The position numbers and the translations under genes are program-made. From Minisyncoccia bacterium (GTDB lineage: Bacteria > Patescibacteriota > Minisyncoccia > Phycocordibacterales > CALRBL01): 64,000 nucleotides of DNA. Below, piece by piece: positions 59,795 through 64,000 of this stretch; the stretch's first letter is position 1, and the number at the start of each line of letters is the position of its first letter. The stretch covers positions 29,329 through 93,328 of the forward strand of contig JBBRNV010000003.1 of NCBI GenBank assembly GCA_038230075.1, given 5' to 3'. The notes below the pieces were generated by a model. That model did no database searches and was not told the DNA's origin. It saw nothing but the letters and a program-made list of their open reading frames with translations.

Positions 59795-60697
59795 ATGCAA
59801 ACATCTTCACTCCGAGACTCTCTTAAGAAAATTCCAGGTGCGATTTCACTGTACTATGTTGGTGTCTATGGGTTTAATGTGGTTAATAGTTGGTACACCA
59901 AGCTTTTTATCACTATTTTTATGCGAAAAGAGGCCTCTCTTTTGAAAGATTTACCGAAGAAAGTTGTGGCAGTTCATAGTAAGCAAGAGCTCAATCTTTC
60001 AAATAAAAAACAGTATTATGTTGGAAAAAATATTCTCGGGTATCCTGCACTTTCGTATATTGAAAAGAATGGAAAAATGATTGGGTGGTCAGATAAGGTT
60101 CTTGAGAGAAATGGTGAGACACTTCCTTTTCTTCAAGTAACTCCAGATATTGAAATAAATATTCCTCTTATTTTTGAAACATTGAAGCCTGATTTTGTGA
60201 TAGATTTCGGAACGGCGTCTGGCGGTTCTGCTGTGTACTATTACGAACTCATTTCAAAATATACAACTCCACATATTCTAACAATTGATATCACTGACGC
60301 AGATGTTGTTCGTGGAAAAGCCTTTCATGATAAAAACAAAAGTTTTGAAAAGATTAGTTTCCTCACAGGAAAAAGTGGACTTGATCGGGTGAGTGAAGTA
60401 CAAGCATTTCTTGCAAATCGAACTGATGAACAGAAAGTATTATTTTCATTCGACGATGATCATTCATATCAACATACATATAATGAACTCACTACATTTG
60501 CGCCTCTGCTAAAAACTGGAGATGTAATTTTAATGCAAGATACATGGGATCAGGGATTATATAATCACGAAACATCTCCCATGCTTGCAGTTGAAAGATT
60601 CCTTCAAGAGAATAATGATTTTTTGCTTGATATTGATCTACTTTCTAAACTCGAATTGCCAAGTAATTTCATCTACGGAGTTTTAGTGAAAATATAG
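59795..60697 (+). CDS. class I SAM-dependent methyltransferase-fold protein of the CmcI / rhamnosyl-O-methyltransferase family
   Basis: DFVIDFGTASGGSAVYY Rossmann-like motif resembles CmcI (PF04989-type) proteins. Confidence 0.5.
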   Translation: MQTSSLRDSLKKIPGAISLYYVGVYGFNVVNSWYTKLFITIFMRKEASLLKDLPKKVVAVHSKQELNLSNKKQYYVGKNILGYPALSYIEKNGKMIGWSDKVLERNGETLPFLQVTPDIEINIPLIFETLKPDFVIDFGTASGGSAVYYYELISKYTTPHILTIDITDADVVRGKAFHDKNKSFEKISFLTGKSGLDRVSEVQAFLANRTDEQKVLFSFDDDHSYQHTYNELTTFAPLLKTGDVILMQDTWDQGLYNHETSPMLAVERFLQENNDFLLDIDLLSKLELPSNFIYGVLVKI

Positions 60698-60699
60698 GG

Positions 60700-61233
60700 T
60701 TATTTCTTCAAGGTATTTAACAGAAGCTCATATTGCTCATATCGAGGTGTAAGAGTTTGGTCTTTTTCATCAACCATTTGTTGTAGTTTTTTTATTTCAA
60801 TCCATTTCAAATCTTGCACTTCAGTGGTCTGCATTACAAAATCTTTGATGGGTTTATCTGTCCGAAGAAGATACACATCACTAAATTCATTATCAAAATA
60901 TGTTCCATCATTTTTAATGAGAGATGTTTTAAGAGCACCTAAGTGTTCGAGATCTGTTTCTGTAATGTGTAAACCAATTTCTTCTTCAACTTCACGAACA
61001 GCAACACGTAATGAATCTTCATTAGTTGAAACATGTCCTCCTATTGATACGTCCCACAAGTTTGGATAGTGATCTTTAATAGCCGATCGATGTTGAAGAA
61101 GTACTTCATTTTTTGAATTAAGAACGAAAACAAAAATAACTCGATGCCACTCACCAAGTTCATGAACAGCTTTCCGCGATTTTGCTAATCCTGTCAGATT
61201 TCCTTCTGAAGTGAGGGTGTCAATTAATTCCAT
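60700..61233 (-). CDS. NUDIX hydrolase
   Basis: Nudix box GGHVSTNEDSLRVAVREVEEEIGL; start set at MELIDTL, since the upstream in-frame extension is GC-rich and not protein-like. Confidence 0.75.
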   Translation of the reverse strand: MELIDTLTSEGNLTGLAKSRKAVHELGEWHRVIFVFVLNSKNEVLLQHRSAIKDHYPNLWDVSIGGHVSTNEDSLRVAVREVEEEIGLHITETDLEHLGALKTSLIKNDGTYFDNEFSDVYLLRTDKPIKDFVMQTTEVQDLKWIEIKKLQQMVDEKDQTLTPRYEQYELLLNTLKK

Positions 61234-61309
61234 TCGAGTATTATAGCAAAAACAAGAACACCCACCGAAATGGGGTTCGTGTGGGTGGGGTGGGCGACAT
61301 TCATCATTG

Positions 61310-61612
61310 TCACCAAGGTCTGACGTATTCCGTGAGAACCCAGTGTTCAACTTCGCCGGCAAAGATGTGATCGGTCACTGGTTCAAAAAGTTTGATTACT
61401 CCACCATCTTGCAGTTGACGAAAGTCGCTGATGTGAGGTTGAGTCGGAAAGAATTCCCGAAATCTTTCTCCATACATGAGTGCAACCGTATTTCTGCCAA
61501 TTCGATAGAGTCTCGCGCCCACCTTGAGCGCCTGCACGATACTTTTTCCGTTCATGAGTATTTGTGGGTAAGGGGTGGTGTAAGAGTTGGACAGCCGATA
61601 TATAAATATCAT
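61310..61612 (-). CDS. hypothetical small protein; GC-rich cassette
   Basis: 100-aa ORF with GC3-rich codons; an overlapping + strand ORF (61307..61666) is the alternative; strand tentative. Confidence 0.3.
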   Translation of the reverse strand: MIFIYRLSNSYTTPYPQILMNGKSIVQALKVGARLYRIGRNTVALMYGERFREFFPTQPHISDFRQLQDGGVIKLFEPVTDHIFAGEVEHWVLTEYVRPW

Positions 61613-61662
61613 GTTTTGACCGACCTGTCGAAGTTTTTAAGAGTTTTGTTCTTTATGATAAA

Positions 61663-62085
61663 ATGAGACATATGCATAAAAATATACGAACAGACGACGA
61701 GCTTAAGAAAGAAAATCCTGAACTATATGCTGTTGCAAGACAGAAAGGAACGGAAGCTCCTTTTAAGAGTGAACTTCTTAATGTTAAAGATAAAGGAATG
61801 TACAAATGTGCGGTGTGTGATCAAGAACTATTTTCATCAGATGCAAAATTTGATTCAGGTACTGGGTGGCCAAGTTTTGATCAAGCAATTCCAGGGCGTG
61901 TTATTGAAGTTCCTGACATGAGTCATGGAATGCAGAGAACAGAAGTGGTGTGTTCACGATGTGGATCACACTTAGGTCATGTATTTAATGATGGGCCAGC
62001 AACTACAGGCAAACGATATTGCTTGAATGGTATTTGTTTAGATTTAGAAAAGACAGTTGGTGAAGAAAAGAAAAATATTATTTAG
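61663..62085 (+). CDS. msrB: peptide methionine-(R)-sulfoxide reductase MsrB
   Basis: Two CxxC zinc motifs (CAVCDQ, CSRCGSHLGHVF) and RYCLNG (catalytic Cys). Confidence 0.9.
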   Translation: MRHMHKNIRTDDELKKENPELYAVARQKGTEAPFKSELLNVKDKGMYKCAVCDQELFSSDAKFDSGTGWPSFDQAIPGRVIEVPDMSHGMQRTEVVCSRCGSHLGHVFNDGPATTGKRYCLNGICLDLEKTVGEEKKNII

Positions 62086-62094
62086 TGTAAGATT

Positions 62095-62478
62095 TTATTT
62101 TAAAAACAAAAACCACCCAAACAAGCGCAGTTCTTGTTGGGTGGCAACTAGGCCTCTTTTTTTAAAACAAATCGCAACACCGGCATTCCGAAGTCCGCGA
62201 GCTATTGCGGTTCTTGCGGTTTGAATGTTAGTGGTATAGATACGAACATCTTGAACGCTTATGTTTCCTCTGACCGAGAGGAGTATTATTCCACCACTAT
62301 CGCTGATTTTCACTCGCGTGTTGCCGTTTACCGATTTTGTGCCAGACACAATGAAGCCTGGTGAAATCTTAGTTACTTGTGGACAAGCGTCTGCTATGTC
62401 ACACGCAATAGCAGCGAGTTCGATTAAAGTGGTGTGTTTTCCTGTAAACTTACCGCCATTTCTGGAGTCTTTAGACAT
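62095..62478 (-). CDS. hypothetical protein
   Basis: 127-aa ORF, moderate GC, no motif assigned. Confidence 0.4.
   Translation of the reverse strand: MSKDSRNGGKFTGKHTTLIELAAIACDIADACPQVTKISPGFIVSGTKSVNGNTRVKISDSGGIILLSVRGNISVQDVRIYTTNIQTARTAIARGLRNAGVAICFKKRGLVATQQELRLFGWFLFLK
62107..62142. terminator. bidirectional hairpin between msrB and the convergent minus-strand gene
   Basis: CCACCCAAACAAG-CGCAGTT-CTTGTTGGGTGG stem flanked by an A-run and CTCTTTTTTT; it lies inside the last codons of the minus-strand ORF. Confidence 0.55.
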
Positions 62479-62623
62479 ATAAGTTTTCTAAGCTTGTTAA
62501 GCTGTAAGGGGTGAATGAGCTATGATAGTATTTAACCATTTATTCATAAAATGTCAATAATATAAGCATGATGAATTAAGTCTGGGTAGAGATTTATTTT
62601 TTTGATATTGTGGTAATCTAAAT

Positions 62624-63622
62624 ATGCGAATGAATGTTTTCTTTAAAAAAATGAGCACTATTGTTGTTTCGGTAACAATACTTAGTGTGCTCTTTGGGTT
62701 TTTTTCTGGTTATCTGTTTTTTAATTTCAATACGATAATTCCTTGCACTGCCCAACTTAATTTTATTCGAACGGTTGCTGATTGTGAACAAGCTGATAAA
62801 AAGTCAGAAGAACTTTCATCTTTGAAAGATGTGATTCAAACTTCAGTCGACCAGTATATTGCTTCACATAAAGCAACAAAACTCGGTGTTTTTGTGAGAG
62901 ATTTAAAATCAACTGAATATGCAGGGGTTAACGATAATGATGTGTTTGTGATGGCGAGCCTTTTGAAAGTGCCACTTGCTATTGCTGTATATAAATTGGC
63001 AGAGGTTCAACCCACTATTCTTGATCAAAAGATTCAATATTCAGGTATTCCTAATTTGTATAGCGGTCAAACATATGAAGTTTCAGATCCTTTGGTTAAA
63101 GGACAAGAGTACACCATTAAAGATTTAGTTGATCGAATATTGATATATTCTGATAACACAGCAACAGATCTTATCTATCATTTTTTGCAGCCAGGTTATT
63201 TTGATTTAATCTTGAAAGATGTTGCAATTCAATTTAAGAGACCAGAAGGAACAGAAGAAAATTTGGTGAGCGCTCGATCGTATGCCAATCTTTTTAGAAT
63301 TCTTTATAACTCTTCATATTTGAATAGAGAATATTCAAATGTTATTTTGTCTGATTTGAGTAAATCCACATTTAAATCTGGTGCCGTTGCAAAGCTTCCT
63401 CAACAACTCGATGTTTCGCATAAATTTGCTGAGCGAATTGAAAGTGAAAATACTGCAGGAGATATAGCCTTGCGACAACTTCATGATTGCGGAATTGTTT
63501 ATACAGAAAATAAGAGTGAAACATATATATTTTGCGTTATGACCGAAGGGGAGAATTTCTCGGATCTCGAACAAATTCAGCAAGATATGTCTTTAGAGAT
63601 TTATAATAAACTTGTGCGATAG
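62624..63622 (+). CDS. class A beta-lactamase-like serine hydrolase (membrane-anchored or secreted)
   Basis: N-terminal TM/signal segment; S-x-x-K (MASLLK), SDN (YSDNTATD) and KSG (FKSGAVAK) motifs in the canonical order. Confidence 0.65.
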   Translation: MRMNVFFKKMSTIVVSVTILSVLFGFFSGYLFFNFNTIIPCTAQLNFIRTVADCEQADKKSEELSSLKDVIQTSVDQYIASHKATKLGVFVRDLKSTEYAGVNDNDVFVMASLLKVPLAIAVYKLAEVQPTILDQKIQYSGIPNLYSGQTYEVSDPLVKGQEYTIKDLVDRILIYSDNTATDLIYHFLQPGYFDLILKDVAIQFKRPEGTEENLVSARSYANLFRILYNSSYLNREYSNVILSDLSKSTFKSGAVAKLPQQLDVSHKFAERIESENTAGDIALRQLHDCGIVYTENKSETYIFCVMTEGENFSDLEQIQQDMSLEIYNKLVR

Positions 63623-63653
63623 TGTTAAAATCGAGAATAATCGGTATGTGGTA

Positions 63654-63944
63654 TTAATATATCGAATATAAAATAGTAGCCAAAAACGGTCCAATTATAA
63701 TAGCTGCAATCATGATGGAGTTGGCAACTTTCAGACTTATGAACTTAGAAAGAACATTCATAAAAGTTGGTTGAAATCTTCCAACGGTTTGCTTGTGACC
63801 AGTTGATTTGCGAAGGATATTTGCCCAGACAAGAAGTGGGCAGGTAAAATTGTATGAAAGTTGTGCAATTAAAATAATCCAAGTGAGTGTTATGTGTGCT
63901 AATTTTAATTCGGTAAATTTGTAAGGAATAAAAAATCCTCCCAC
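63654..63944 (-). CDS. hypothetical membrane protein (possibly a fragment; the window ends nearby)
   Basis: Hydrophobic ORF at the window edge. Confidence 0.25.
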   Translation of the reverse strand: MGGFFIPYKFTELKLAHITLTWIILIAQLSYNFTCPLLVWANILRKSTGHKQTVGRFQPTFMNVLSKFISLKVANSIMIAAIIIGPFLATILYSIY

Positions 63945-64000
63945 AAAACAAAAAATAACTATAAGGTCAAGAATTTCAAGAGATCGAGCAAGTTTATATC

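Noticed and set aside
61233-61362. N-terminal extension of the NUDIX ORF (MPAKLNTGFSRNTSDLGDNDECRPPHPHEPHFGGCSCFCYNTR)
   Set aside because: The extension runs into the neighbouring GC-rich island and is not Nudix-like. The internal Met (MELIDTL) gives a normal-length Nudix protein.

Overview
This 64 kb window reads as a compact, AT-rich (about 38-42% GC) bacterial chromosome segment with densely packed housekeeping genes. There are no rRNA genes, no CRISPR array, and no transposase, integrase or phage genes. No clear multi-gene defence system is visible. The most unusual content is the GC-rich mosaic, the SET/papain-fold gene pair, the sortase/repeat-protein locus and the CHASE2-cyclase operon.

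The housekeeping genes I can identify from the translations are:
- release factors RF2 and RF1, ftsE/ftsX, obg, gatB;
- gap, rpiB and rpe, the latter with rpmE downstream;
- rpsB-tsf, pheS-pheT, gyrB, hisS, truB, typA, cmk and msrB.

There are two tRNA-Thr genes (anticodons CGU and UGU).

Other recognisable content:
- a type IV pilus block: a PilB/GspE-like ATPase, a PilC/GspF platform protein and four prepilin-like genes;
- a MarR, HlyD and MacB-like ABC efflux operon;
- a signalling neighbourhood with a histidine kinase, an orphan receiver, an NRAMP transporter and a CHASE2 class-III adenylate/guanylate cyclase fused to a FecR/IPT gene;
- a sortase, and next to it a very repetitive secreted surface protein;
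- a MIP-family aquaporin, a DedA protein, an AI-2E transporter, a NUDIX hydrolase and a class-A beta-lactamase-like hydrolase;
- a minimal SET-domain protein sitting head-to-head with a Cys-His-Asp papain-fold protein.

Two genome-wide patterns stand out. First, many housekeeping genes are short (RF2 is 294 aa with no frameshift site, PheS 250 aa, EF-Ts 196 aa). Second, several genes have a sigma70-like -10 element only 6-9 nt before the ATG and no Shine-Dalgarno sequence, which suggests leaderless translation. By inference only, this points to a reduced-genome lineage of the CPR/Patescibacteria type that uses the standard genetic code (RF2 is present).

The strongest anomaly is a mosaic of discrete GC-rich (about 50-65% GC) single-gene cassettes embedded in the AT-rich background. 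Each shows GC3-rich codon usage and is usually flanked by GC-rich hairpins. They are at about 1-250, 20760-21200, 23340-24480, 30048-30860, 37750-38140, 52680-53030, 55028-55760 and 61255-61620.
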